A stretch of 64,000 nucleotides of DNA from an uncultured Candidatus Rokubacteria bacterium (lineage in GTDB: Bacteria; Methylomirabilota; Methylomirabilia; Rokubacteriales; CSP1-6). The stretch covers positions 128,001-192,000 of the forward strand of contig CAVWFS010000006.1 of assembly GCA_963754315.1 (NCBI GenBank). Reading direction: 5' to 3'. The position numbers and the translations under genes were made by a program. The notes beneath the pieces were generated by a model that did not search any database, had not been told where the DNA came from, and saw only the letters and a program-made list of their open reading frames with translations. Below, one piece after another: positions 1 through 9,121 of this stretch. Numbering within the stretch: the first letter of the stretch is position 1; the number at the start of each line of letters is the position of its first letter.

Positions 1-699
1 CCGCGCACGGTCGTCTTCGCCGGTAAGGCGGCGCCGGGCTACGCCGCGGCCAAGCTGATCATCCGGCTGATCAACGGGGTGGGGGACGTGGTGAATGCCG
101 ACCCGGCTGTCCGCGGCCGCCTCACGGTGGCCTTCCTGGCCGACTATCGGGTGTCGCTGGCCGAGGAGATTTTCCCCGGCTCCGACCTGTCCGAGCAGAT
201 CTCGACGGCCGGCACCGAAGCGTCAGGGACCGGCAACATGAAGTTTGCCCTCAACGGTGCCCTCACCATCGGCACCATGGACGGGGCCAACATCGAGATC
301 CGCGAGGAAGTTGGCGCCGAGAACATCTTCATCTTCGGGCTGACCGCGGCCGAGGTGGCGGCCCTGCGCCCGCACTACGACCCCGGGCAGTACTACCGGG
401 AGAACGCGGAGCTGGCGCGCGTGCTCGACATGATCCGCGACGACGCCTTCAGCCGCCGCGAGCCGGGACTGTTCCGGCCGCTGGTCGACTCGCTGCTGAG
501 CGGCGGCGACCGCTTTTTCCTCCTCGCCGACTATGCTTCATACGTGACGTGCCAGGAGGGCGTGGCGCGCATCTACCGCGATGCGGCCGCCTGGACTCGT
601 ATGTCGATCCTCAACGTGGCCAACATGGGCAAGTTCTCCAGCGACCGCACCATTCGTCAGTACGCCGAGGAGATCTGGGGCATCACGCCGGTCCGCTGA
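1..699 (+). CDS. glgP: Glycogen/starch/maltodextrin phosphorylase, C-terminal part (5' end outside window)
   Basis: Open frame from base 1 ([14 protein letters not shown]); PLP-site motif [28 protein letters not shown]-terminal [17 protein letters not shown]. Confidence 0.95.
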   Translation, partial: PRTVVFAGKAAPGYAAAKLIIRLINGVGDVVNADPAVRGRLTVAFLADYRVSLAEEIFPGSDLSEQISTAGTEASGTGNMKFALNGALTIGTMDGANIEIREEVGAENIFIFGLTAAEVAALRPHYDPGQYYRENAELARVLDMIRDDAFSRREPGLFRPLVDSLLSGGDRFFLLADYASYVTCQEGVARIYRDAAAWTRMSILNVANMGKFSSDRTIRQYAEEIWGITPVR

Positions 700-710
700 C
701 CAGCGCGCCT

Positions 711-1595
711 GTGCTCCTATTTGTCTCGCTCGTCGTCGACGGGGTCTTGGCCGGAGCCGTCTATGCTCTGATCGCGCTCGCCTTTGTGGTCGTCTACAAG
801 GCCTCGCGCATGATCAACTTCGCGCTCGGCGAATGGGTCATGTTCGGCTCGCGCCTGTCGGCGGTGGGGATGTACGGAGCGGGGCTAGGGCCTGCCGGAG
901 CGCTGGCGATGGCCAGCGCCGCGATGGTCGCCTTCGCGCTGGCTTTCAATCGCGTCGTGCTGCGGCGGCTCGTCGGGCGTCCGCTGATCGGTGTCATCAT
1001 GGTGACGTTGGGGCTCGGCGCGCTGATGCGCGGGGTGGCTCCCCTCGTCTTCGGCGGCCTTCCCGCCGCGATCCCGCTTCCGGTCCCCATGGAACCGCTC
1101 GTGGTGTACGACCTGCGCATCCCCGCCGGCCGGGTCGTGGCCCTGGCGGTGGCGCTGGTGGCGATCGCCGGGATCGGAGCGTTCTTCCGCTGGACTCGCA
1201 CCGGCCTGGCCTTGCGCGCCCTGGCCGACGATCAGGAGGTCGCGCTGGCGATGGGCATCGACGTGCGCCGGCACCTGGCCATCGCGTGGGCGATGGTGGG
1301 AGTGCTCGCGGTGGTCGGGGGTACGCTCTGGACGCTCGTGGTCGGCGTGGGATTCGGCCTGGTCCTGCTCGGCCTCAAGGTCTTTCCCATCGTGGTGATC
1401 GGCGGGCTCGACAGCCTCGGGGGGAGCATCGTGGGCGCGGTCGCCATCGGGGTTCTGGAGAGTCTGACGGCAGGCTACGTGGATCCCGTCCTGGGCGCGG
1501 GCTTCAGCAGCATCGCTCCTTATGTTCTCCTCCTCGGCGTGCTCTTCGTGCGACCCTATGGGATCTTTGGCCGGCCGGATCCGCGCCGGATCTGA
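711..1595 (+). CDS. Branched-chain amino acid ABC transporter permease (LivH-like), without adjacent partner genes
   Basis: GAVYALIALAFVVVYKASRMINFALGE, TRTGLALRALADD, IGGLDSLGGSIVG; start uncertain (GTG 711 or CTG 696). Confidence 0.85.
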   Translation: MLLFVSLVVDGVLAGAVYALIALAFVVVYKASRMINFALGEWVMFGSRLSAVGMYGAGLGPAGALAMASAAMVAFALAFNRVVLRRLVGRPLIGVIMVTLGLGALMRGVAPLVFGGLPAAIPLPVPMEPLVVYDLRIPAGRVVALAVALVAIAGIGAFFRWTRTGLALRALADDQEVALAMGIDVRRHLAIAWAMVGVLAVVGGTLWTLVVGVGFGLVLLGLKVFPIVVIGGLDSLGGSIVGAVAIGVLESLTAGYVDPVLGAGFSSIAPYVLLLGVLFVRPYGIFGRPDPRRI

Positions 1596-1623
1596 AACGT
1601 ACCGCGCACCGAACGAGGACACT

Positions 1624-2889
1624 ATGGCGGAGTGGGATGACTCTCTGAGGATCGATGGCACGCGCTTCTGGAGCACGATCGAGCGATCGGGACAGATCGG
1701 ACCGGGCAAAGCCGGTGGGCTCCGGCGGCTCGCTCTGACCGACGCGGACAAGGAGATGCGCGACCTTTTCATCACGTGGTGCCTGGAGGCCGGGTGCGTG
1801 GTGACCGTGGATCGGCTCGGGAGCATCTTCGGGCGACGGCCGGGGCAGGAGGACCATTTGCCGCCGGTCCTCATCGGCAGCCACCTCGACACCCAGGTGG
1901 CCGGCGGCAAGTACGACGGCATCGTCGGCGTGCTGGCCGGGCTCGAGGTAGTACGCACCCTCAACGACCACCGCATCGACACCCGGCGCCCGCTCGAAGT
2001 TGTCTGTTGGACCAACGAGGAGGGCGCCCGCTTCCCGCCGCCCATGGTCGCTTCGGGCGCCTTCGCCGGCATCTATGACGTCGACTGGGTCCTCGGCTTG
2101 CGCGACGACGACGGAATGACGTTCGGCGGTGAGCTGGAGCGCATCGGCTATAGCGGCAAGGAGCCGGTAGGTGGACGGTCTGTCGATGCCTACTTCGAGC
2201 TTCACATCGAGCAGGGGCCGCTGCTGGACCGCGAGGTGATTCCGGTGGGGGTCGTGGTGGGTGGCTATGCCGCGCGCGGCATGCACGTCGACGTCCACGG
2301 GGAGACCGCGCACGCGGGCCCCACGCCGATGGACCGCCGGCGGAACGCCCTGATCGGCGCCGCCATGCTCGCAGTGGCCGTCAACGACATCGGGTGGCGA
2401 TATCACGCCACCGAAGGCAAGGCCACGGTGCCGCGCCTCGTCGCCTGGCCCAACAAGGCCGGCATTCTCTCCGAGTACGCCCAGCTGACCTGCGACGTGC
2501 GCCACGCCGATCCCGTCGCGGCGGACTCCATGCTGGCCGAAATCCACACGGCAATGGTCGACTGCGCCCAACGCGCCAACGTGGAGATGCGGGTAGCGAC
2601 GAGCTGGACCTTCGGCAACGAGCGTTTCGATCCGGGCTGCATCCGGCTCATCAAAGAGGCCGCGGACCATCTGGGAGTGCGCTGGCGTGAGATCCTGAGC
2701 CAGGCCGGCCACGATGCCTACTACATCTCGAAGGTCGCTCCCACCGCGATGATCTTCACGCCGTGCCGCGACGGCATTTCACACAACGAGGCCGAGCACG
2801 CGGAGCTCCACTACACGGCCCCCGGGGTCGACGTTCTTCTCCACGCCGTGCTGGCTCGGGCCAACCGGTCAGGAGTTCGCGAGCGATGA
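1624..2889 (+). CDS. M20-family Zn amidohydrolase (N-carbamoyl-amino acid hydrolase / allantoate amidohydrolase-like)
   Basis: GSHLDTQ..GGKYDG, WTNEEG, ELHIEQG, HAGPTPM, AGHDA, SHNEAE; GAGG before ATG 1624. Confidence 0.9.
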   Translation: MAEWDDSLRIDGTRFWSTIERSGQIGPGKAGGLRRLALTDADKEMRDLFITWCLEAGCVVTVDRLGSIFGRRPGQEDHLPPVLIGSHLDTQVAGGKYDGIVGVLAGLEVVRTLNDHRIDTRRPLEVVCWTNEEGARFPPPMVASGAFAGIYDVDWVLGLRDDDGMTFGGELERIGYSGKEPVGGRSVDAYFELHIEQGPLLDREVIPVGVVVGGYAARGMHVDVHGETAHAGPTPMDRRRNALIGAAMLAVAVNDIGWRYHATEGKATVPRLVAWPNKAGILSEYAQLTCDVRHADPVAADSMLAEIHTAMVDCAQRANVEMRVATSWTFGNERFDPGCIRLIKEAADHLGVRWREILSQAGHDAYYISKVAPTAMIFTPCRDGISHNEAEHAELHYTAPGVDVLLHAVLARANRSGVRER

Positions 2890-3938
2890 AGGTTTCATTC
2901 GGGATCACCTTCGGCTCTGGTCCGCTGTTTCTCCACCCTTCGGATTCGGCCAAGTTCATGGACCTCGTGCGCATGGCGGAGGGGTACGGTGTTGAAGCGC
3001 TCGGCACCTACGACTCGGCGTTCCTGGGCGGCGACGCCTACGTGCGCGCCACCTTGATGGCGATGGCCTCGACCCGCGCCGCCATCGGCCTGCGCCCCAG
3101 CAACCCGATCACGCGCGAGCCGCAGGTGATGGCCTCCTTCCTGGCCTCCATCGACAGCCTCACGGGTGGGCGAGCGTTCATCGACATCGCCAGTGGCGAC
3201 AGCGCGGTGTTCAACATTGGGTACCCGGCCGCTTCCCGGGCCCGGATCGAGGACTACGTGACCTGTCTTCGCGATCTTCTGGCCAGGGGCGAGGCGACCT
3301 ATCAAGGGCGACCCCAGCGCGTGCGCTGGGCAGGGAGCGCCGTCCGTCCTCGTATTCCCATCTCGATCTGCGCCGAGGGGCCGCGCATGCTCCACCTGGG
3401 CGGCCGCATCGGCGACGGGGTCATCGCCGGTACCGGGCTCCTGCCCGAGGTCATCCGGGACACCATCGCCCGCATCCACGCGGGAGCGCGCGCGGCGGGC
3501 AGGGATCCCGCCGATGTCGACATCTGGTTCACCACCCGTACCGCGCTCGACCGCGATCGCCAAACCGCTCTGGAGCGGGTCAAGGCGTCGGTCTCGTCGA
3601 TCCTGAACCATTCCATGCGCTTCGGGCTCGAGGGCAAGCTGGTGCCGGCGGAGCTGCGCGCACGTATCCAGGAGTACGTCGACGGCTACGAGCTGTACGA
3701 CCATGTGCTACAGACCGGGCGCAACCCCAAACGCATGGATGAGCTAGGGCTCACCGACTTCGCGCTCCGGCGCTTTGCCTTGGCCGGGACGCCGCGCGAC
3801 TGGATCGCTCGCATCGCCGAGCTGGCCGAAGCCGGCGCGACCCGGCTCTGGGTGGGGCTTGGCGGCGGTGACCTCGACCGCCAGCGTCTGGAACTCTGCA
3901 TGATCGGCGAGGAGGTCATGCCGCAGTTCGCCGCGTAG
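2886..3938 (+). CDS. LLM-class (luciferase-like) flavin-dependent oxidoreductase
   Basis: NPITREP, IDSLTGGRAFIDIASGDSAV, AEGPRMLHLGGRIGDGV; ATGA overlap with upstream stop. Confidence 0.85.
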   Translation: MKVSFGITFGSGPLFLHPSDSAKFMDLVRMAEGYGVEALGTYDSAFLGGDAYVRATLMAMASTRAAIGLRPSNPITREPQVMASFLASIDSLTGGRAFIDIASGDSAVFNIGYPAASRARIEDYVTCLRDLLARGEATYQGRPQRVRWAGSAVRPRIPISICAEGPRMLHLGGRIGDGVIAGTGLLPEVIRDTIARIHAGARAAGRDPADVDIWFTTRTALDRDRQTALERVKASVSSILNHSMRFGLEGKLVPAELRARIQEYVDGYELYDHVLQTGRNPKRMDELGLTDFALRRFALAGTPRDWIARIAELAEAGATRLWVGLGGGDLDRQRLELCMIGEEVMPQFAA

Positions 3939-3961
3939 CGGGACACCGGTGAGGGGAAGGC

Positions 3962-5068
3962 GTGAAGATTTCGCGGATCGATGTGTATCACTTCCGCTAC
4001 ACGCTGCGCGGGGGGCCGCTGACATTGTCTGGAGGCAGAACGGTCAGCACCGAGGACAGCACCCTGGTCAAGGTCACCACCGACGAAGGCCTGGTCGGGT
4101 GGGGCGAGGAGTGTCCCTTCAGTCCGACGTACATGCTCGCGTTCTCGGAGGGCGCCCGCGCTGCGATCCGCCTGATGGCGCCGGCCCTCTTGGGGGCAGA
4201 CCCCCTGCAGATCGAGCAGGTCTATGCACGTATGGACGGAGCCCTGTATGGCCATGCCTACGCCAAGTCTCCGATCGACATGGCGTGCTGGGATCTTCTC
4301 GGGCAGGCCACCGGTCTGCCGCTCAGTGACCTGCTCGGTGGGACGTTTCAGCCACGATTCCCGCTGTACAACGTGGTGGGGGTGAACGAGCCCGAGGCCA
4401 TGCGCGCGCGGTCGGAACGGTTGCTGGCTGAGGGCTTCCGTCGCTTTCAGGTGAAGGTCGGCGGTGGTCACTGGCGGCTCGACGTGCGCCGAGCGCAGGC
4501 GTGCCTGGAGGTGCTGCGAGATCAGGAGGTCGTCATCGTCGACGCCAACGCCTACTGGCGCCAGCACGAAGCAGCCCAGGTGATCGCAGCGCTGGAGGAC
4601 GAGCCGATCTACCTGGAGCAGCCCTGCCGATCGCTGGACGAGTGCCTCGCCATCCGTGCTCGGACCGCGCGCCCGCTGATCCTCGATGAGAGCCTGACGG
4701 ACCTGGATGCGCTCTTGGCGGCCAGGGCAGCGGGAGCTCTCGACTGCGCGATGCTCAAACTGTCGCGCTTCGGAGGGATCAGCCGCCTTCGCCTCGCCCG
4801 CGCACTGTGCCAGCAGTGGGGCCTGGCGGTGACGATGGAAGACTCGGGTGGGGGCGATGTGGTGACGGCGGCCATGGCCCATCTTGCCGCCAGCACCCCT
4901 GCCCAGTCGCTGCTGAACGGGATGCTCATCAACATGCTCGTGAACGAGCGCATCGCGGAGGGGACCCCTGAGCCGCACAACGGCTGGGCCGAAATCTCAC
5001 GGCGGCCCGGGCTTGGCATCACCGTGGACGAGAAGGCGCTCGGCTCGCCCCTGTTCAGCGTCACCTGA
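3962..5068 (+). CDS. Mandelate racemase/muconate lactonizing enzyme family (HpbD / cis-3-hydroxyproline dehydratase-like subgroup)
   Basis: TDEGLVGWGEECP, DMACWDLLG, FQVKVG, DAN, EQP, LDES, LKLSRFGG. Confidence 0.85.
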   Translation: MKISRIDVYHFRYTLRGGPLTLSGGRTVSTEDSTLVKVTTDEGLVGWGEECPFSPTYMLAFSEGARAAIRLMAPALLGADPLQIEQVYARMDGALYGHAYAKSPIDMACWDLLGQATGLPLSDLLGGTFQPRFPLYNVVGVNEPEAMRARSERLLAEGFRRFQVKVGGGHWRLDVRRAQACLEVLRDQEVVIVDANAYWRQHEAAQVIAALEDEPIYLEQPCRSLDECLAIRARTARPLILDESLTDLDALLAARAAGALDCAMLKLSRFGGISRLRLARALCQQWGLAVTMEDSGGGDVVTAAMAHLAASTPAQSLLNGMLINMLVNERIAEGTPEPHNGWAEISRRPGLGITVDEKALGSPLFSVT

Positions 5069-5111
5069 TCGCAAAGCCCGTTTCGATACGTGACGACCTG
5101 ATCGCAAAGCC
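5063..5111. repeat. Perfect 16-bp direct repeat ACCTGATCGCAAAGCC, two copies, 33-bp period
   Basis: Copies at 5063-5078 and 5096-5111, read directly. Confidence 0.9.
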
Positions 5112-5140
5112 TTGCCGGGGCACCCGACCTCGACTATCCT
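5112..5140 (+). promoter_or_regulatory. Putative sigma70-type promoter for the dpp-type transporter genes
   Basis: TTGCCG-17 bp-TATCCT. Confidence 0.5.
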
Positions 5141-5365
5141 TACGGCCACCCTGAGGTCGTCACATCGGGTTGGGTGCCCGCTTGGCCCCCAACCACCAGG
5201 GTTGATCCAGACCGGTCCGGCGGAGGTCGCACCATCGACCATACGATCCCGGCCCTGATGACCTTCACGCTCGCCGCCCCCAAGGCCGCCGAGCCAACAC
5301 CCTCGCACGCTCAATGTCCGTCGTGGCGTGCCCTGGCGCGCCGATCCGACGAAAGGGGGAGCCCC

Positions 5366-6979
5366 ATGTCGCGTCCCGTCCTGTCACGCAGGTCCGCCGT
5401 GTTCGTGGCTGCCGCGGCCACGCTCGTAGGCTGTCTCGTCGGTGCTCTGGCCGACCCTCCGGCGGCCGCGGCCCAGAAGAAGGTCCTCAACATCGCCGCG
5501 AAAGAGCCGGAGACGCTCGATCCGCATACGAGCATCCTCGGGCAGACGCAGGCCATCAAGCGCTTCATGTACCGGGGCCTGACACGCTTTGCTATCAAGG
5601 ATGGCAAGGTCATCACGTCCGAGGTGGAGCCGGACTTGGCCGAGAGCTGGACCCTCTCGCCCGACGGAACGGTGTGGACGTTCAAGCTCAAGAAGGGTGT
5701 GCAGTTCCACAAGGGGTTCGGCGAGCTGACAGCCGAGGACGTCAAGTTCAGCTTCGAGCGGCAGATCAACCGGGCGCCGGGCACGCGATTCGGGGTCAAC
5801 CTCGAGATGATCAAGTCCATCGAGGTCGTCGATCCGCACACCGTGCAGATCGTCCTCAAGTCCTTCGACCCGATCTTTCTGCTGCGCATGGTGGGCTACC
5901 AGCAGGGCTACATCGTGTCGAAGAAGGCGGCCGAGAAGCACGGCGAGCAGTTCAAGTGGAACCCCGTCGGCACCGGCCCCTTCTACTTCGACCGCCACTC
6001 GCCCCGCGAGAAGATCGTCCTCAAGGCCTTCGACAAGTACCACGGCAGCCGGCCCCAGATCGACGAGGTTCACTGGTTCGACGTCCCTGAGGACTCCACC
6101 AAGCTGATCGGCCTCGAGAAAGGGACGTTCGACCTGCTGTACCCGGAGGCGGTCACCGCGGACTTCGCCGATCAGGTGAAGAAGATGGGCGCCATCATCG
6201 ACCGGCGCGGACCCGGCGGTCAGGAGCGCTTCTACATCAACATGACCAAGCCGCCCTTCGACGACATCCGTGTACGCAAAGCCTTCATGCACGCCATCGA
6301 CCGCAAGGCCATCAAGGAGACCATGTACCCCGGCGGTCTGGCGCGGGTGGCCGTCAGCTGCGTGCCCCCCGGGTACTTCGGTCATATTCCCATGACGTTC
6401 CCGGAGTTCGATCCTGAGAAGGCCAAGAAGCTCCTGGCCGAGGCCGGCCATCCCAACGGATTCACGATCAAGAACTACTTCATCAGCAAGTCGTTCTTCT
6501 ATCCCAAGGTGCTCACCCTGGCCCAGGAACAGCTCAAGAAAGTGGGCATCAATGTCGAGCTACAAGTGGTCGAGCACGCCACCTATCACGAGAACATCCG
6601 CAAGAACCTGAACCCCTTCGTGCTCTACGGCGGCACGCGCATCACCGACGCTGACCCGTGGCTGTCGCTGTTCTTCGACTCCAAGGAAATCCCCGATCCC
6701 GCCACGGGCAACAAGGGCACCAACTTCGCCCACTACCGCGGCATGGACGACCTGCTCGCCAAGGGGCGCCTGGAGCGGGATGTCAAGAAGCGGGCGGCCA
6801 TCTATGCCGAGACGCAGAAGCGTATGGAGCGCGACCTGGTGTGCCTGCCGATCAGCGACGTGCCGGGTCAGTGGGCCCGCAACCCCAAGCGGGTGAGCAC
6901 GCCCTTCGATCCCGACTACGGAGAGTTCTCACTCCACTACAGCTACAACTACCCAGAGATGCTCAAGGTCCTGAACTAG
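5366..6979 (+). CDS. ABC transporter substrate-binding protein, family 5 (DppA/OppA-like)
   Basis: Signal peptide, EPETLDPH, PDLAESW..SPDG..WTFKL, PVGTGPF, PPFDDIRVRKAF; purine-rich SD before ATG 5366. Confidence 0.92.
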   Translation: MSRPVLSRRSAVFVAAAATLVGCLVGALADPPAAAAQKKVLNIAAKEPETLDPHTSILGQTQAIKRFMYRGLTRFAIKDGKVITSEVEPDLAESWTLSPDGTVWTFKLKKGVQFHKGFGELTAEDVKFSFERQINRAPGTRFGVNLEMIKSIEVVDPHTVQIVLKSFDPIFLLRMVGYQQGYIVSKKAAEKHGEQFKWNPVGTGPFYFDRHSPREKIVLKAFDKYHGSRPQIDEVHWFDVPEDSTKLIGLEKGTFDLLYPEAVTADFADQVKKMGAIIDRRGPGGQERFYINMTKPPFDDIRVRKAFMHAIDRKAIKETMYPGGLARVAVSCVPPGYFGHIPMTFPEFDPEKAKKLLAEAGHPNGFTIKNYFISKSFFYPKVLTLAQEQLKKVGINVELQVVEHATYHENIRKNLNPFVLYGGTRITDADPWLSLFFDSKEIPDPATGNKGTNFAHYRGMDDLLAKGRLERDVKKRAAIYAETQKRMERDLVCLPISDVPGQWARNPKRVSTPFDPDYGEFSLHYSYNYPEMLKVLN

Positions 6980-6987
6980 GATGGAGA

Positions 6988-7160
6988 ACCGAGAATCGCG
7001 GCGTGCCCCGGATTGCCCGGGGCGCGACGAGCGGCGGAGGGACGGGGGGCCCGAGCTAGGCCCCCCAGGGAGTCCCAAAGCGTCGGACCGAGGAGCGCCC
7101 TGGCTTCGCCGGGGCGCGACGAGCGCGGGGGGGATGGGGGGCCCGAGCTAGGCTCCCCAT
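6988..7160 (+). repeat. Two tandem copies (~92-bp period) of a REP-like two-hairpin element
   Basis: ccggggcgcgacgagcg at 7017 and 7109, each followed by ggggggcccgagctaggc(c/t)cccca; related to elements at 49.8, 57.5 and 35.0 kb. Confidence 0.85.
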
Positions 7161-7172
7161 GTAAATAGTCGA

Positions 7173-8177
7173 TTGTTCCAGTACGTGCTGCGCCGTCTGC
7201 TGGTGGCCGTCCCGATGCTGCTGGGGGCGATGAGCATCGTGTTCTTCGCGATGCGCATCCTGCCCGGCGACCCGTGCGTGGCCATGATGGGCGACCAGGC
7301 CACCACGGCCGCCCTGGCTGACTGCACGAAGAACCTCGGATTGCACCGCCCGCTGGCGGTGCAGTACGTGGACTACCTCTGGCGATCGGTGCAGTTCGAC
7401 TTCGGTCACTCCCTGCGCCAGGGCTACCCGGTCAGGGAATACATTGGCCGCATGTTCCCGCATACTCTGGTACTCGTCCTGGCCGCCGCGGTGATCGCGG
7501 CCCTGGTCGGTGTTCCAATCGGCATCGTCTCCGCCCTTAAGCGCCGCTCCCCGCTCATCGACTATCCTCTGCGCATCTTCGCGCTTCTTGGTCTTTCCAT
7601 GCCAGTCTTCTGGCTGGGGATCCTCCTCCTCATCGTGTTCTCTCTCCGTCTAGACCTGTTCCCCCTCATCGGGGGTGGTGATCTGGACGGCGCCATCAAC
7701 ATGGTCCGCACGGGCGAGGTCTTCCTGTACCCCCGAGACTTCCTGAGGGCGGTGGGCGATGTGCTCTATCACTTGACCTTGCCGGCCCTGGCCCTCGGAT
7801 TCACCTTGGCCGCGACCGTCAGCCGCCTCTCGCGCTCGGCCATGCTCGAGGTGATCAGCCAGGATTACATCCGTACCGCTCGCGCCAAGGGTCAGGGCGA
7901 GCGCGCGGTCGTCTACAAGCACGCGCTGCGCAACATGATGGTGCCACTGCTCACCATCATCGGTCTCTTCGTGGCCATCGCCCTCACCGGGACGGTGCTC
8001 ACGGAGACGGTCTTCACGCGGCCGGGTCTCGGGAAGATGCTGGTGGACGCCATCGGCGCTCGCGACTACCCGCTGGCCCAGGGCGCCATCACGGTCTTCA
8101 CCATGATCATCATCATCGTCAACCTCGTGGTCGACATGCTCTACGCCATCGTCGATCCCCGCATAACCTACCGCTAG
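7173..8177 (+). CDS. Peptide/nickel ABC transporter permease (DppB-like)
   Basis: LPGDP, SMPVFWLG, QDYIRTARAKG EAA loop, ETVFTRPGLG, RDYP, DPRI. Confidence 0.93.
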   Translation: MFQYVLRRLLVAVPMLLGAMSIVFFAMRILPGDPCVAMMGDQATTAALADCTKNLGLHRPLAVQYVDYLWRSVQFDFGHSLRQGYPVREYIGRMFPHTLVLVLAAAVIAALVGVPIGIVSALKRRSPLIDYPLRIFALLGLSMPVFWLGILLLIVFSLRLDLFPLIGGGDLDGAINMVRTGEVFLYPRDFLRAVGDVLYHLTLPALALGFTLAATVSRLSRSAMLEVISQDYIRTARAKGQGERAVVYKHALRNMMVPLLTIIGLFVAIALTGTVLTETVFTRPGLGKMLVDAIGARDYPLAQGAITVFTMIIIIVNLVVDMLYAIVDPRITYR

Positions 8178-8197
8178 CAGCCTGGAGAGCCGACACG

Positions 8198-9103
8198 ATG
8201 GCCATCGTGCGTGACGCCGCCGCCCCTGAGCTGACCTTACCTGGGGTGACAGGGAAGACCGCGGATCGATCGCTGAGTCGCTACTTGCGACGGTACGGTC
8301 CCATCGGGATCGGGGTGCTGATGGCGCTGGCGATGGTGGTGATAGCGGCGGGAGCTCCATTCCTCGCGCCCTTGAGCCCGTCGGCGCAGTTCTCCGATGC
8401 GGTGCTCAAGGCGCCCGGCGCCTTCGACCGCCATGCCCTGGGGACCGACGAGTTTGGCCGCGACATACTCAGCCGCGTCATCTGGGGCGCTCGCGTGTCG
8501 CTGCACGTCGGGCTGGCGTCGGTGATCTTCGGCTTCGCGCTCGGGGTGCCGCTGGGTATCCTGGCTGGCGTCCAGGGGAGGCGCGTCGAGACCTGCATCA
8601 TGCGGTGCGCCGACATGCTGATGGCCTTCCCGACCTTGCTGCTGGCCCTCATCATCGTCACCGCTCTCGGCGGCACCTTGATGAACGAGATCGTGGCCAT
8701 CGGTATCGCGCTGACCCCGAACTTCGTGCGCCTGGCCCGGAGCCTCGCTCTGACCATCCGGGAGCAGGACTACATCCTGGCCGCCCGGGCCATCGGAAGC
8801 GGACAGCTGCGCGTCATGGCCCGCCACGTGTTCCCCAACGCGCTCTACGCGCTGGTGGTGGTGGCCACCCTCTACATCGCGACGGCCATTCGCACCGAGG
8901 CGAGCCTGTCGTTCCTCGGTCTCGGCATCCCGCCTCCCACTCCGAGCTGGGGGAACATCCTGAGCGAGGGCCGCCAGTACATCAAGTGCTGCCCGTGGAT
9001 CACCACCTTCTCCGGGCTCGCCATCATGCTGGCGGTGCTGGCCTTCAATCTGGTGGGCGACGCGCTGCGCGACCTGCTCGACCCTCGGCTCCGGGGGGAG
9101 TAG
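8198..9103 (+). CDS. Peptide/nickel ABC transporter permease (DppC-like)
   Basis: LGTDEFGRDILSR, EASLSFLGLG, PPTPSWG, FNLVGDALRDLLDPR. Confidence 0.93.
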   Translation: MAIVRDAAAPELTLPGVTGKTADRSLSRYLRRYGPIGIGVLMALAMVVIAAGAPFLAPLSPSAQFSDAVLKAPGAFDRHALGTDEFGRDILSRVIWGARVSLHVGLASVIFGFALGVPLGILAGVQGRRVETCIMRCADMLMAFPTLLLALIIVTALGGTLMNEIVAIGIALTPNFVRLARSLALTIREQDYILAARAIGSGQLRVMARHVFPNALYALVVVATLYIATAIRTEASLSFLGLGIPPPTPSWGNILSEGRQYIKCCPWITTFSGLAIMLAVLAFNLVGDALRDLLDPRLRGE

Positions 9104-9121
9104 CGCGAGGACCGTCTGCGC

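Noticed and set aside
5063..5111. Mini-CRISPR or att site
   Set aside because: A 16-bp repeat with a 17-bp spacer is too short for CRISPR, and no integrase or tRNA is nearby.
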